From positions 96,001-160,000 of the forward strand of contig CAXXYH010000001.1 in assembly GCA_963677925.2 (NCBI GenBank): a stretch of DNA of 64,000 nt, in the 5' to 3' direction. This document shows positions 10,754 through 21,431 of the stretch, one piece after another. Numbering within the stretch: the stretch's first letter is position 1; every line of letters begins with the position of its first letter. Source of the stretch: Spirochaetia bacterium (GTDB lineage: Bacteria > Spirochaetota > Spirochaetia > UBA9216). Both the position numbers and the translations under genes were made by a program. Under the pieces are notes generated by a model, which searched no databases, was not told the DNA's origin, and saw only the letters and a program-made list of their open reading frames with translations.

Positions 10754-11236
10754 ATGCTTAACGATGACAGTGTTTACTATGACATGCTAATCTCACTCAG
10801 GCAGATAATAAGATGTACGGATCTTCATTCAAAGAAGCTTGTTAAACACTACGGCCTTACCGGACCGCAGCTGATAATTATCAAGGTAATTGCAGATGAA
10901 GGTGAAATCTCTGTAGGAAAGCTGGCAAAAATCATAAGTCTAAGTCAGGCGACAGTGACAAATATTGTTGAAAGGCTTGAGCAGAAGGAAATTCTGTCCA
11001 GAATGAAAACAGACAATGATAAACGCCGGGTTATGGTGAGGGTAACTGAAAAGGCTCATGAAATTATTTCAAAAGAGCCTTCTCTTCTTGATGAAACGTT
11101 CATAGGCAGATATGAAAAACTGCAGACCTGGGAGCAGAATATGCTGCTTTCTTCAATACAGAGGATAGCTGATATGATGACAGGTCAGAATGAAAACCCT
11201 GATAAGGTTTTTCTTGAATCTCCTGCCGGAGTTTAA
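10754..11236 (+). CDS. MarR-family transcriptional regulator (EctR-like)
   Basis: [21 protein letters not shown], winged [21 protein letters not shown]; AAGGA RBS. Confidence 0.9.
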   Translation: MLNDDSVYYDMLISLRQIIRCTDLHSKKLVKHYGLTGPQLIIIKVIADEGEISVGKLAKIISLSQATVTNIVERLEQKEILSRMKTDNDKRRVMVRVTEKAHEIISKEPSLLDETFIGRYEKLQTWEQNMLLSSIQRIADMMTGQNENPDKVFLESPAGV

Positions 11237-11237
11237 T

Positions 11238-11975
11238 ATGAAAGAAATATTTGATTTTCTGTCGGAAGATATTTACTGCACGGTATTTACGGGGGCCGGA
11301 GTCTCAACATTTTCGGGAATCCGGGATTTCAGGGGCAAAAACGGTCTTTACAATGAGCCTGATGCGGATAAGATTTTTGATATCGATTACTTTCAGCGGG
11401 ACCCTTCATTTTACTACAGCCGGACAAAGGATTTTATTTACAATTTAGAAGATAAAGACCCAGGTGTTGTTCACCGCATGCTGGCAATGCTGGAGCAGAA
11501 GGGGCTGCTTAAACGTCTTATAACACAGAATATAGATCTTCTTCACCAGAAAGCAGGTAATACAGGTGTTGTAGAGGTTCATGGAACTCCGGCGGTACAT
11601 CACTGTCTTTCCTGCGGTAAGAGTTATACCTATGAAGAAGTTGCTGCAAACGTACAGGAAGATATTTTGCCTATATGTTCAGACTGCGGCGGCATAATCA
11701 AACCTGATATTACTTTCTTCGGTGAACAGCTGCCCGCAGGCGCAATTGAAACAGCTTTTACCGAGGCTGTACGTTCCGATTTAATGTTCGTTCTTGGCTC
11801 CAGTCTTACAGTGCAGCCGGCCGCCTCAATACCTGTTCAGACAGTTCGCTCCGGAGGAAGAATTGTAATTGTTAATGATATGGCAACACCGCTCGATTCA
11901 TCGGCATGGAAAAGGTTTTCTGATCTGGGTGAGTTCAGCGAACAGATGATCGAATACCTGAAAAAAAGGGACTGA
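11238..11975 (+). CDS. cobB: NAD-dependent protein deacylase (Sir2 family)
   Basis: [24 protein letters not shown], CxxC..Cxx[14 protein letters not shown]; ATG at 11238. Confidence 0.92.
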   Translation: MKEIFDFLSEDIYCTVFTGAGVSTFSGIRDFRGKNGLYNEPDADKIFDIDYFQRDPSFYYSRTKDFIYNLEDKDPGVVHRMLAMLEQKGLLKRLITQNIDLLHQKAGNTGVVEVHGTPAVHHCLSCGKSYTYEEVAANVQEDILPICSDCGGIIKPDITFFGEQLPAGAIETAFTEAVRSDLMFVLGSSLTVQPAASIPVQTVRSGGRIVIVNDMATPLDSSAWKRFSDLGEFSEQMIEYLKKRD

Positions 11976-11991
11976 CTCTAAAGCCAGTCCC
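11961..11991 (-). terminator. Intrinsic terminator for glyA (hairpin between convergent genes)
   Basis: GGGACTG...CAGTCCC stem followed by T7 on the minus strand. Confidence 0.65.
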
Positions 11992-12017
11992 GATCTCCAT
12001 ATTTTATAAAAGTATAC

Positions 12018-13301
12018 TTAAAGTGCACCAAACGGCGGGTTGCCGTTCTTTTTCGGAATTATAAAATGTTCAGGAACAGGAAATCTCGAAGTCAGTTCAA
12101 GAACCTCTTTTCCGACCTGAGAAATTACTTCTTCATTGCCCAGATTATCAGCTACTTTTGAGATGAGACCTGCAAGAATATCCATTTCAGGTTCCATCAT
12201 TCCCCTGGTGGTAATTGCAGGAGTTCCGATCCTCAGACCGTTTGGTTTTGTAGGGGGTGCCGGATCGTGCGGAACGGTGTTAAAGTTAGCAACTATTCTT
12301 GCTCTGTCCAGTGCCTTTGCAAAATCTCTTCCCGGGATATTCTTTTTTCTGAGGTCAATCAGAATTATATGGTTATCAGTTCCGCCTGTAACAAGGTCAA
12401 AACCTTTTTCCATAAGTTTTTCAGAGAGCCTCTTTGAGTTTTTCAGAATCTGCTGTGCATAAAGCATAAATTCCTGAGTGTCTGCCTCTGCAAGAGCAAC
12501 TGCAATTGCAGCTATAGTATGCATATGAGGACCGCCCTGCTGACCGGGCATAATAGCCTTGTCCAGTTTTGCAGCATGTTCAGCTTTACATAGAAGCATA
12601 CCGCCTCTGGGACCTCGAAGGGTCTTGTGTGTGGTAGTTGAAACGATGTCAGCGTATGGAACCGGAGATTTATGCAGACCTGCTACTACAAGACCTGAAA
12701 GGTGGGCTATATCACTTACATGAAAAGCTCCAACTTCTTTCGCGATATTTCCGAAGATTTCAAAATCGATGGCTCTCGGGTAGGCAGTTGTTCCTGAAAC
12801 AATTACATCAGGTTTTTCTCTTATTGCCATATCCCTGATCTCATCATAGTCAAGGTAACCGTCTTCCTTAACGCTGTAATTAACAGCCTCAAAAAATTTG
12901 CTTGTGATACTTACCTTTGATCCGTGAGTCAGATGACCGCCGGAACTAAGGTTCAGTCCCATGATCTTCTGACCAGGTTTAATAAGCGTATTATAGGCTC
13001 CGAGGTTTGCTACAGAACCTGAATAAGGCTGAACATTGGCATGATCAGCCTTGAAAACCTTTGTTGCCCGGTCTCTTGCAAGATTCTCAACAAGATCAGT
13101 TATCTGCTGGCCTTCATAATATCTTTTCCCGGGGTAGCCTTCAGAATATTTGTTGGTTAGACAGCTTCCGGTTGCCATTCTTACTGCCTGAGATACATAG
13201 TTCTCAGAGGGTATAAGTCTGAGTACGCCGCTCTGGCGTGCTTCTTCCTGTTTAATGAGTTCAAACATCTGCGGATCGTATTTTTCAAGTGCAGAGTACA
13301 T
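12018..13301 (-). CDS. glyA: Serine hydroxymethyltransferase
   Basis: LIPSEN, NKYSEGYPGKRYY, GGHLTHG, TTTHKTLRGPRGG, GLRIGTPA. Confidence 0.98.
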   Translation of the reverse strand: MYSALEKYDPQMFELIKQEEARQSGVLRLIPSENYVSQAVRMATGSCLTNKYSEGYPGKRYYEGQQITDLVENLARDRATKVFKADHANVQPYSGSVANLGAYNTLIKPGQKIMGLNLSSGGHLTHGSKVSITSKFFEAVNYSVKEDGYLDYDEIRDMAIREKPDVIVSGTTAYPRAIDFEIFGNIAKEVGAFHVSDIAHLSGLVVAGLHKSPVPYADIVSTTTHKTLRGPRGGMLLCKAEHAAKLDKAIMPGQQGGPHMHTIAAIAVALAEADTQEFMLYAQQILKNSKRLSEKLMEKGFDLVTGGTDNHIILIDLRKKNIPGRDFAKALDRARIVANFNTVPHDPAPPTKPNGLRIGTPAITTRGMMEPEMDILAGLISKVADNLGNEEVISQVGKEVLELTSRFPVPEHFIIPKKNGNPPFGAL

Positions 13302-13487
13302 TTCATCTCCTGTGTATATTTCTTTATTATGTTATAACGATTTGTCTCGACCTTCTCAACAGTATAAAAAGACACCGAAATTTGCTCTTGAAGCTCTTTT
13401 GACGGAATACCTCAAAATACAGAAAGTATTTTTAAGTATACATCAAAGACTTGTGTATATAACTTTTGATGCGGTAAAGAAAAAAAT

Positions 13488-14666
13488 TTACTTTTTTTTC
13501 AAAAATGTAGATTCTTCCAGTTCTGAATAGATATCAGCAAGAAAAGAATTAAGTTTGCATGAAAGATCAAAGTCTATACGGCCTTCTTTATCGATTTTAT
13601 AGCCGTAATTACGCCACCTTGTTAGTGTTTTAGGTACAAGCAAATGCGGCTGGATTCCGAATCTGGACTTAAATACCTTCCTGTCCGGACCTGAATCCAT
13701 CCGATAGCCCATCATGTAATGTTCAAAAATATAATCTGTTCCGTCTATAATCTCTGTTTCAGAAAGATTCAGCAGATCCTCTGTGTTTTTACATTCAAGA
13801 TATTTATTGATATCAGCAGGATTAGCTCTTCTAAAGGCCTTTATAGATTCGTAAGCGGAAGAAAAGGCTCCGGGACCTATTCCTTCATATGACTGCATTC
13901 GCCAGTAGGCGCAATTATGAACAGATTCCATACCAGGTTTACAGTAATTGGATATTTCGTAACGCTTGAATTCCTTAGCATTTAGGAAATCAAAAGTTTG
14001 TTTCATACTGTCAATCTGAGTATCTTCATCAGCGGGAATGAAGTCGTTTTCAAGTTCTCTATCAGAAAGCGGTGTTTCATCTTCTATGGTTAGAGAATAA
14101 ACTGAAAGGTGATCAGGCTCAATTAGTACAGCTTTCTCAAGGTCTGGCAGGATGTCATATCCGGTTCCTGATATTAGATCAAGTGACAGCCTTCCCTTCC
14201 ATAATGATCTGATCTGCTCAACCTTAGCGAATACCTCTTCCGGATAAACACCCCGTCCGATATGCTTAAGTATCATTTCATCAAAACTCTGAACACCAAG
14301 ACTGAGCCGGTTGACTCCGTACCCGGATGAAATATTGAGGAAAGACTCTGTACAGCTTTCAGGATTTGCTTCAGTTGTAAATTCACAGTCATCAGAGATA
14401 AGTCCATGCGTTCTTTGAATGATTCCGGAAAGAAGGTTTTCGAGGATTTTATCGGGTAGAGATGAAGGGGTCCCTCCTCCGATGAATATTGAATCTATAC
14501 ATTCCGGCTGAATGATATCAAGCCGCGCTGAAAGTTCATCGAGCATGAGCCCGGTAAGCTTTTTAATCTGCGATGTTTCGATAGTTCTGCATTCAACAGA
14601 ATAAAAATCACAGTAGTCACATTTTTTTTGACAAAAAGGAATATGAAAATAAAGTGAAAAACTCAT
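13488..14666 (-). CDS. hemW: Radical SAM heme chaperone (HemN-like)
   Basis: YFHIPFCQKKCDYCDF, GGGTPS, EANP, RLSLGVQSF, YEISNY, HN motif. Confidence 0.88.
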   Translation of the reverse strand: MSFSLYFHIPFCQKKCDYCDFYSVECRTIETSQIKKLTGLMLDELSARLDIIQPECIDSIFIGGGTPSSLPDKILENLLSGIIQRTHGLISDDCEFTTEANPESCTESFLNISSGYGVNRLSLGVQSFDEMILKHIGRGVYPEEVFAKVEQIRSLWKGRLSLDLISGTGYDILPDLEKAVLIEPDHLSVYSLTIEDETPLSDRELENDFIPADEDTQIDSMKQTFDFLNAKEFKRYEISNYCKPGMESVHNCAYWRMQSYEGIGPGAFSSAYESIKAFRRANPADINKYLECKNTEDLLNLSETEIIDGTDYIFEHYMMGYRMDSGPDRKVFKSRFGIQPHLLVPKTLTRWRNYGYKIDKEGRIDFDLSCKLNSFLADIYSELEESTFLKKK

Positions 14667-15421
14667 TGGGGAATTTCAATTGATGGTACGTATTTGAGTA
14701 TAACCTTTGCAGTAATATTCTTTTTATCTACCGGCCCCTGATAATATGAGTCGTTAGACATCGATCTGTTGTCTCCAAGCAGAAAATACTGATCTTCACC
14801 AAGTGATATTTCATCCATATTTCCGGCAAATGGAAAATCTTCCGGCCAGTTATCAGGTACCGGGTATCTGGTAATTGTATATTCAGCCTGCAGAATTTCC
14901 TTTTCGGAAAAGAAGTAACTCTTGCCTGCAGGTTTTATAAGCACTTCATTGTTTTCAAACTTGATTGTATCGCCTGGTATTCCGATTACGCGTTTCATCA
15001 TCAGACTGTTTGACCATGTATCTTCATAACCGGGAAAACCCTTTTTCTGAATAGTGAAAAATCTGATAATGCTGTCCGGAACTTTAATATACCAGGGCAT
15101 TTCTGAATAAAAAGAGGGTTTATATAAGATTATTTCGCCGCGTCTCGGGTTTCTGATTCCGGGAAAGGAAATTCCGGTAAATGGTATTTCCGGATGAAAG
15201 AATACAGGCGTAGCAATAAGATTATCCCCGGCGCTGATAGTAGGTTCCATTGATATGGATTCCATTTTAAAGGTGGAAATAAAAAGTGAAGATATTGCTT
15301 CGAAGGTAATAAAGAGTATTAGCAGAAATATAATAATCCGTTTGATAATGTTATTTCCGGCCTTGTGATATCCGCCGTATGATGAACTGCGATATCTGTC
15401 TTTTCTGCTTCTATAGCTCAA
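14663..15421 (-). CDS. lepB: Signal peptidase I
   Basis: SMEPT (Ser), KRVIGIPGD (Lys), LGDNRSMSNDS. Confidence 0.92.
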   Translation of the reverse strand: MSYRSRKDRYRSSSYGGYHKAGNNIIKRIIIFLLILFITFEAISSLFISTFKMESISMEPTISAGDNLIATPVFFHPEIPFTGISFPGIRNPRRGEIILYKPSFYSEMPWYIKVPDSIIRFFTIQKKGFPGYEDTWSNSLMMKRVIGIPGDTIKFENNEVLIKPAGKSYFFSEKEILQAEYTITRYPVPDNWPEDFPFAGNMDEISLGEDQYFLLGDNRSMSNDSYYQGPVDKKNITAKVILKYVPSIEIPQ

Positions 15422-15431
15422 CTGCCCCTGC

Positions 15432-16418
15432 CTATCTTATTACGCCGATACGTCCTGCAGGCCAGTACTTGAATATTGCCCTGCCGAGAACTTTATCAAG
15501 GCTGACTGGTCCGAAGTATCTTGCATCGCGTGAATTATCTCTGTTATCACCCATTGGGAATATCCAGCCTTCAGGTATAAACCATCCGGTATTTATTTTT
15601 CGCCAGGCACCGCCGTACTGATGGAGATGCGGATTTATTTCATACAGAGCCTGATAGCGGTATCCGCTCCAGGAATACATATCGGTATACTGTGAATTTG
15701 ATGCTGAAGCTATTGTACTGTCAACGGTGTTGGGCCGGATTCCGGTATCATCATAAGCATCAATAAAAGCGGCTGCCCTTATGCCGTCATATTCATCTGC
15801 ATTAATAAGTCTTCTAGTCTGATAAGTTTTTGCGGTGATTTCCTTTAAATCTGCTTCTGCCATCCATGTATCGAAACCTGCAGGTTTGAGCTGGACTTCA
15901 CCGTCAGCAATTTTTATAGAATCACCTTCATGCGCCATTGCACGCTTGATCAGGAAGTGAGCCTTGGGGTTTCCGTACTGATCCTTATCTATATCAACAA
16001 GCGAAAATGTAATCATATAGATAATTCTCTGGGCTACATCAAAAACCGGTCCGCGTGAGAGATATGTAGGGCTTTCGAAGATAATAACTTCGTTTCTGGC
16101 AGGTTTTCTGAAACCGTCAACCTTGAAATTACCGGGAACCAGTTCAGGTCCGTAAATAAGCTTGTTAACAAAAATACGGTCTTTTACTTTAAGGGTTTCT
16201 ACCATAGAAGGGGTTGGAATCTGGTAAGCCTGAAAGAAATACTGGTTGATAATTAAAACAACAACAGCTGCCCAGATAAAGGCTTCTATCCAGTCAAGAA
16301 CAGGATTTTTGGCCTTTGCCTTCTCTTTTTTTATCCGGATCCGTTCCTTTCTTTTTGAGAGCAGATTTTCGGTTACAGACTGTACTCTGGTATTCCAGCT
16401 ATCGGTTGAAGTTGCCAT
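15432..16418 (-). CDS. lepB: Signal peptidase I (second copy)
   Basis: IPTPSMVETL, IKR, MGDNRDNSRDARYFG. Confidence 0.92.
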   Translation of the reverse strand: MATSTDSWNTRVQSVTENLLSKRKERIRIKKEKAKAKNPVLDWIEAFIWAAVVVLIINQYFFQAYQIPTPSMVETLKVKDRIFVNKLIYGPELVPGNFKVDGFRKPARNEVIIFESPTYLSRGPVFDVAQRIIYMITFSLVDIDKDQYGNPKAHFLIKRAMAHEGDSIKIADGEVQLKPAGFDTWMAEADLKEITAKTYQTRRLINADEYDGIRAAAFIDAYDDTGIRPNTVDSTIASASNSQYTDMYSWSGYRYQALYEINPHLHQYGGAWRKINTGWFIPEGWIFPMGDNRDNSRDARYFGPVSLDKVLGRAIFKYWPAGRIGVIR

Positions 16419-16447
16419 GAGCAAACAATATCATGTTATCCTGAACG

Positions 16448-16476
16448 TTGACAAGGGAGACATATAAATATAATCT
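16448..16476 (+). promoter_or_regulatory. sigma70-type promoter, TTGACA-17-TAATCT, 6 nt before ATG (leaderless-type)
   Basis: Perfect -35 at 16448-16453 and -10-like hexamer at 16471-16476; no SD before ATG 16483. Confidence 0.6.
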
Positions 16477-16482
16477 CATTGT

Positions 16483-18036
16483 ATGCTTGAGGAAGACATA
16501 GTTAAACTTAAACCAATTTTCGGCGTTCATCCCGGAAAGTATCTTACTGTACTTTATGCAGTTATTCTCGCACTGATTCTCTTTATTCTGTTATTTCTTC
16601 CGGGAATAATCAAACCTGGATCAGTATACCTGTTCAGTTCCGCTCCTTCAGGAGCAAGAGTCATGATAGACGGAGAATATCAGGGAGCAACACCCTGCCG
16701 AGTTTTTGTTCCCGGCGGCAGTCATGAGCTTGTTATTGAACGTGATTATTTTTCGGTTCATAACGAAACGCTGGAAAGCGGGAACCGGGTTTTTGCTTCC
16801 TTATTTGCTCCCAAAAAGGTTGAATACAGCGCACAGCTTGAACTTACAGATCCTGAAGGATTTTTTAATCATACCTTTACAGCTTTTTCAAACTGGGGAA
16901 TGATTGATTCATATTATGAAAATTATCAGCCGGAGCCCGTTTTAAGCAGCTTTTTTAAGGCTCTTCAGGATACCGGATATACAAACGAAGAAGTAATGTA
17001 TGATTTTCTATACAACGTAATGTCGTTTGTCCACACTGACTATCTTCTTCAGGACTTTTTTAATGCTGTAATGATATTTGAACAGATACGCGGTAATAAA
17101 GTTGAATTTGATCAGGATATTACAGAATCTTTTACTACTCTTCCTTTCTTTACAGAACTTGCAAAGGCTTATGATAATATTCCTTTCTGGATGTATAGTG
17201 TTCTTTCAGATGAGGAGCGGGAATCAGGACTTAACTGGTTTCCTGCAGTTCAGGAAGAATACAGCGGCTTTTTAAGAGATTTCAGCAATGATCATCCTGC
17301 AGCCTCCTCGGCTGTGAATTTATTCGGAATAAGATTTGTACGGCTTTCAGGCGGTCAGTTTCTTATGGGAAGCGACGGCAACAATTTTCCTTTTCCTGCT
17401 GCCGCAGGTGATTTTTTCATAATGGATCGAGAGGTGACTGCAGGCTTATACCGGCAGTTTATCAGTGAAAATCCGGACTGGAGTGCTGATAATTTATCTG
17501 TACTTATTTCAGAGAACCTGGTAAACGAAGACTATCTTAAAACATTCGATTCTTTATCTGATGATGCACCTGTTAATTTTATTTCCTGGTATGCTGCAGA
17601 GGCTTTCTGTTCATGGCTGACCGGAAAACTTCCTGCTTCTTTCAGCGAATATTCAGCCGGGCTTCCGGATGAGATTCAATGGGAATGGGCTGCAGCAACA
17701 GAAGACCAGAATACAGGTGTGTTTACCGAAAGTGAACCCGGCTCTGCATTATCTGTTTCAGGGCGTTTTCCCAACTCAAGCGGTATTTATGATATTCATG
17801 GAAATCTCTGGGAATGGTGTGACAACTGGTACTCACCTGCCGGCTACCTTATTTCATCCAGAGATCCAGCTTTAAATACCCTTTCGATCGAAAATTACCA
17901 GGCAGTTGAAAAATCTGTCCGGGGCGGTAGCTGGGCAAATAAGATTGATACAGTCACAGTATCCACACGAGGCTCTCAGCCACCATCATGGTGTACAGAG
18001 TTCAGCGGATTCAGAGTGATACTGGTAAAAGAATAA
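16483..18036 (+). CDS. Membrane-anchored PEGA + formylglycine-generating enzyme (SUMF1) domain protein
   Basis: TM helix, PEGA (SAPSGARVMIDGEYQGATP), FGE motifs FLMGS, ISWYAAEAFC, GNLWEWC, RGGSW, GFR. Confidence 0.88.
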   Translation: MLEEDIVKLKPIFGVHPGKYLTVLYAVILALILFILLFLPGIIKPGSVYLFSSAPSGARVMIDGEYQGATPCRVFVPGGSHELVIERDYFSVHNETLESGNRVFASLFAPKKVEYSAQLELTDPEGFFNHTFTAFSNWGMIDSYYENYQPEPVLSSFFKALQDTGYTNEEVMYDFLYNVMSFVHTDYLLQDFFNAVMIFEQIRGNKVEFDQDITESFTTLPFFTELAKAYDNIPFWMYSVLSDEERESGLNWFPAVQEEYSGFLRDFSNDHPAASSAVNLFGIRFVRLSGGQFLMGSDGNNFPFPAAAGDFFIMDREVTAGLYRQFISENPDWSADNLSVLISENLVNEDYLKTFDSLSDDAPVNFISWYAAEAFCSWLTGKLPASFSEYSAGLPDEIQWEWAAATEDQNTGVFTESEPGSALSVSGRFPNSSGIYDIHGNLWEWCDNWYSPAGYLISSRDPALNTLSIENYQAVEKSVRGGSWANKIDTVTVSTRGSQPPSWCTEFSGFRVILVKE

Positions 18037-18528
18037 ATGGCAGCAAAGAAAAATAAGAAAAATGAATTTACTTCCGACGGCATCAAGGTTCTCTCAGATA
18101 ACCGGAAAGCACGTTTTAATTATGAAATTGAAGACAGGCTTGAATGCGGTATAGAATTGATGGGAACCGAAGTAAAATCGCTTCGAAACGGTAAATTTTC
18201 ATTCAGCGACAGTTACTGCATAGTAAAGAACCTTGAACTCTGGATGGTTGCTTTTCATATTTCCCCATACGATTTTGGGAATATAAATAATCATGATCCT
18301 GACAGGAACAGAAAACTGCTAGCACACAAGCAGGAAATCAAACGGCTTTCACGAAAAGTTGATGAGAAAGGAATTACCCTCATTCCTCTTAAGGTTTATC
18401 TTAAAAACAGCAAAATAAAGATAGAGCTTGGACTCTGCCGCGGTAAGAATGTTCAGGACAAGAGAAATACGATTAAAGAACGTGATGAAAAACGCTCTAT
18501 TGAAAGGGAGTTCCGTCAGCGGCTGTAA
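18037..18528 (+). CDS. smpB: SsrA-binding protein
   Basis: NRKARFNY, GIELMGTEVKSLR, RKLLAHK, DKR. Confidence 0.98.
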   Translation: MAAKKNKKNEFTSDGIKVLSDNRKARFNYEIEDRLECGIELMGTEVKSLRNGKFSFSDSYCIVKNLELWMVAFHISPYDFGNINNHDPDRNRKLLAHKQEIKRLSRKVDEKGITLIPLKVYLKNSKIKIELGLCRGKNVQDKRNTIKERDEKRSIEREFRQRL

Positions 18529-18549
18529 AACGCACATTGGATATGCTTA

Positions 18550-19485
18550 TTACACAGCCGGCGGAAAAATCATCAGAAAAATTACAAAAAGAATAAGACC
18601 TGTCAGAGTATACAGAATAATTGTATTCGAGAAGAAATTCATATCCTCTTTATGCTCTGCTCCTATATATATCGGTATGATAAAAGGAGGAGGTAGAAGA
18701 ATAAAGGTGAACCATGCATAAAAAAACAGTTCAGGCAGTTCCGGAATTATACGTATCAGAATGAAATAGAAGACAGATCCAAGCAGCAGTACAATCACCA
18801 GCCTTGTTATTGTAAAAATAAAGCTTCTGCCGAACTCAATATTATGAAGATTTATACCTGCCCCTACTATCAGCAGAACCACCGGCACGGTTGCCTGAGA
18901 TAGCCAGGTTACGGCAGTAATAACACCGGAACCGTAAATAAATGAAGGTTTCAGATTAAAGACATTCAGTATGACTGCAATGAGTATTGCAATTATGATG
19001 GGTGATTTTATAAAACCGGCCAGTGAGGCTTCAATTCCGGGTTTGCCTTCGGAATGGGATTTAAGAAAAGGAAGATAAATAAACCATATAAACAGTTCAT
19101 GTCCCAGACCGACTAGTGAAATTACAGAAAGACCTTCAGCTCCGAAAACGGCGCTGAAAAGAGCAACTCCTACCATACCGAATTCAAAACCGGTGAAAAA
19201 CTCAGCAGTGTATATCCTGCTGAAAAGTCTTGTTATTTTAAGCAGTCTTCCGGCGGCAAATAGAATAATCATAAAAACAAGAGTTAAAATGAAAAGCATA
19301 AGATAGTTGACTGAAAGATTTATGGACGTGAATGCCAGAAAAAGACTGCACGGAAGAAACAGAGTAACTGTCATTGTCTTTAAAAACTTAAGATTGTTAT
19401 CACTGATAATTGACGTCCGCTTTAATAGATAACCGGTAAGAATTAGAAGAAAGATTGGTATTATTCTTGGCAGCAGTTCATTCAT
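18550..19485 (-). CDS. AEC-family (auxin efflux carrier-like) transporter
   Basis: About 10 TM helices; IIPIFLLILTGYLLKR start, LPCSLF, KSPIIIA motifs. Confidence 0.7.
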   Translation of the reverse strand: MNELLPRIIPIFLLILTGYLLKRTSIISDNNLKFLKTMTVTLFLPCSLFLAFTSINLSVNYLMLFILTLVFMIILFAAGRLLKITRLFSRIYTAEFFTGFEFGMVGVALFSAVFGAEGLSVISLVGLGHELFIWFIYLPFLKSHSEGKPGIEASLAGFIKSPIIIAILIAVILNVFNLKPSFIYGSGVITAVTWLSQATVPVVLLIVGAGINLHNIEFGRSFIFTITRLVIVLLLGSVFYFILIRIIPELPELFFYAWFTFILLPPPFIIPIYIGAEHKEDMNFFSNTIILYTLTGLILFVIFLMIFPPAV

Positions 19486-19528
19486 ATATTTATTATGAAG
19501 GCTGTCCTGCTTTAACACAAGTTTTTAC

Positions 19529-19557
19529 TTGATTTTCCACCCTATTTTAAGTATTAT
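19529..19557 (+). promoter_or_regulatory. Probable ssrA promoter TTGATT-17-TATTAT
   Basis: Canonical 17-bp spacing immediately upstream of the tmRNA 5' end. Confidence 0.6.
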
Positions 19558-19572
19558 CTTCCTACTATAAAC

Positions 19573-19933
19573 GGGGGTGCACTGGTTTCGACTGGTGGAT
19601 GTCATCGTTGTAGACTGCAGGCAGAGCTCTAACTCTTTAAACTGGAACCTAAATGTAATTGCCGAAGATAATTTCGAAGCTGATTACGCTTTAGCTGCTT
19701 AATTAACGCAGCGCGGGACACCGGGATGCTGCTCCTAAGACCGGTTGCTCCTGAAAGAAACCGGGGCTTACCTGTTATCGGGTCCGTACTTTAGCAGGGA
19801 CATTTTTGCGGAATATAGATGAAGTTGGTTCGTTTTTTCACCGTGCTTCGTCCGAAAAAAATAAGAAGAAACTAAGCTTGTAGACGTTTACGGCGGGCCC
19901 ATTAGGACGCGGGTTCGATTCCCGCCACCTCCA
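19573..19933 (+). ncRNA. ssrA: tmRNA; tag peptide (A)AEDNFEADYALAA at 19661-19702
   Basis: 5' GGGGGTG..GGTTTCGAC, 3' T-arm GGGTTCGATTCCCGCCACCTCCA, tag ORF ending YALAA-TAA; near smpB. Confidence 0.97.
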
Positions 19934-19935
19934 TG

Positions 19936-19989
19936 AAATAGACTTATATAAGGTATTGTTATGATGCTTTATGTAAGTCTATTTTTTTT
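19936..19989 (+). terminator. Intrinsic terminator after ssrA
   Basis: Long stem AAATAGACTTAT...ATGTAAGTCTATTT running into a T8 tract. Confidence 0.8.
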
Positions 19990-20048
19990 GGCACATCCTT
20001 TTCTTGATTTTTCCTCTATAAATTATAATATTTATTAAAGAGTTGCAT

Positions 20049-21095
20049 ATGAATATTAAAGTTATTTTTTACGATTCCAAACCTTACGATGAACTTTCTT
20101 TTAACAGGACAAATAAGTCCTATGGTTTTGATTTTACATTTCTGAAAACAAGATTAAACAAAAATACTGCAGCGCTCTCTAAAGGGTTCGATGTCGTTTG
20201 TGCTTTTGTAAACGATGAAATATCCAGTGAAGCTGCAGAAATTTTAGCTGATAACGGTATTAAACTTATAGTTTTAAGATCTGCAGGTTATAATAATGTA
20301 GATCTTAAATCAGTTTTCAAACGTATTCATGTCTTAAGGGTTCCCGCCTACTCCCCTTACGCAGTTGCTGAACATGCAGTTGCCTTAATGCTTGCCTTGA
20401 ATAGAAAAACACACCGGGCTTATTATCGCGTTCGTGATAATAATTTCAACATAGACGGTCTGCTCGGTTTTGATATGAACGGTAAAACAGCCGGGGTTAT
20501 TGGAACTGGAAAAATCGGCCGGATACTTATAAAAATTCTGCATGGATTCGGAATGAAAATACTGGCTTTTGACAGTTATCATGATAAAGAGTTTTCAGAT
20601 AAGTATGACGTCGAATATGTTGATCTGCAGACCCTATATAAGAGCTCGGATATCATTTCACTGCACTGTCCCCTTACAGCCGAAACAAAGCATATGATAA
20701 ATACCAAATCTATTGAAACCATGAAACCTGGAGTTATGATCATCAATACAGGACGCGGAAGCCTTGTTAACTCTGCAGACCTAATTGAAGGATTAAAATC
20801 AGGAAGGATTGGTTCTGCCGGTCTCGATGTATATGAAGAGGAAGCAGACTATTTTTTTGAAGATTATTCCTCTGCAACAATTGAAGATGATATCCTGGCC
20901 AGGCTAATGACTTTCCATAATGTTCTTATTACATCTCACCAGGCTTTTTTTACCGGTGAGGCTCTGAACAATATAGCAGAAACTACGCTTGAAAATATTA
21001 AGGCCTTTGCGGAAGATAAGCCGCTGGTGAACGAGATATGTTATAAGTGTGATCTGGGTTTCTGTGCCAAGGAAAAATACGGACGGTGTTTTTGA
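20049..21095 (+). CDS. ldhA: D-lactate / D-2-hydroxyacid dehydrogenase
   Basis: RSAGYNNVD, VPAYSPYAVAEH, GTGKIG, INTGRG, LDVYEEE, TSHQAFFT. Confidence 0.92.
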   Translation: MNIKVIFYDSKPYDELSFNRTNKSYGFDFTFLKTRLNKNTAALSKGFDVVCAFVNDEISSEAAEILADNGIKLIVLRSAGYNNVDLKSVFKRIHVLRVPAYSPYAVAEHAVALMLALNRKTHRAYYRVRDNNFNIDGLLGFDMNGKTAGVIGTGKIGRILIKILHGFGMKILAFDSYHDKEFSDKYDVEYVDLQTLYKSSDIISLHCPLTAETKHMINTKSIETMKPGVMIINTGRGSLVNSADLIEGLKSGRIGSAGLDVYEEEADYFFEDYSSATIEDDILARLMTFHNVLITSHQAFFTGEALNNIAETTLENIKAFAEDKPLVNEICYKCDLGFCAKEKYGRCF

Positions 21096-21098
21096 GTT

Positions 21099-21365
21099 GT
21101 GGAAAATAGTTCTTTTGATGATAGTGAACTTATTGATATATCTGATACCAATTGGTATCAGGATATGACAAGCAAGAGCACACCTGGGAAGACCCTTGAA
21201 CGGTATAGGAAAAGAACAGGCATGAGCGAGCCAGAATTGGCTGAAAAGTTAGGAATGGTTAAACAGAATGTTTCCGCAATTGAAAACGGTTCAAGAGGCA
21301 TTATTAAATCAACCGCTCACAAACTTGCTGAAATCTTTCAGTTATCTCCTGGTAGATTCTTTTAA
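21099..21365 (+). CDS. XRE/HigA-like helix-turn-helix protein, possibly N-terminally truncated
   Basis: PGKTLERYRKRTGMS..ELAEKLG..QNVSAIENGSR HTH_3 pattern; weak GTG start 3 nt after ldhA stop. Confidence 0.7.
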   Translation: MENSSFDDSELIDISDTNWYQDMTSKSTPGKTLERYRKRTGMSEPELAEKLGMVKQNVSAIENGSRGIIKSTAHKLAEIFQLSPGRFF

Positions 21366-21431
21366 CCGCTGAAAGTGTAAATCGGAGCGTACCCTTGCAA
21401 CCTTTCTAAAGAAGCCTCAGGCTGATGGGCC

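Noticed and set aside
13488-18528. Tandem lepB genes with hemW and divergent FGE-smpB as a novel system
   Set aside because: Resembles ordinary conserved spirochete housekeeping synteny.
21030-21095. Cys-rich tail CYKC..C..C on LdhA
   Set aside because: Short extension with no further support for a separate function in this window.
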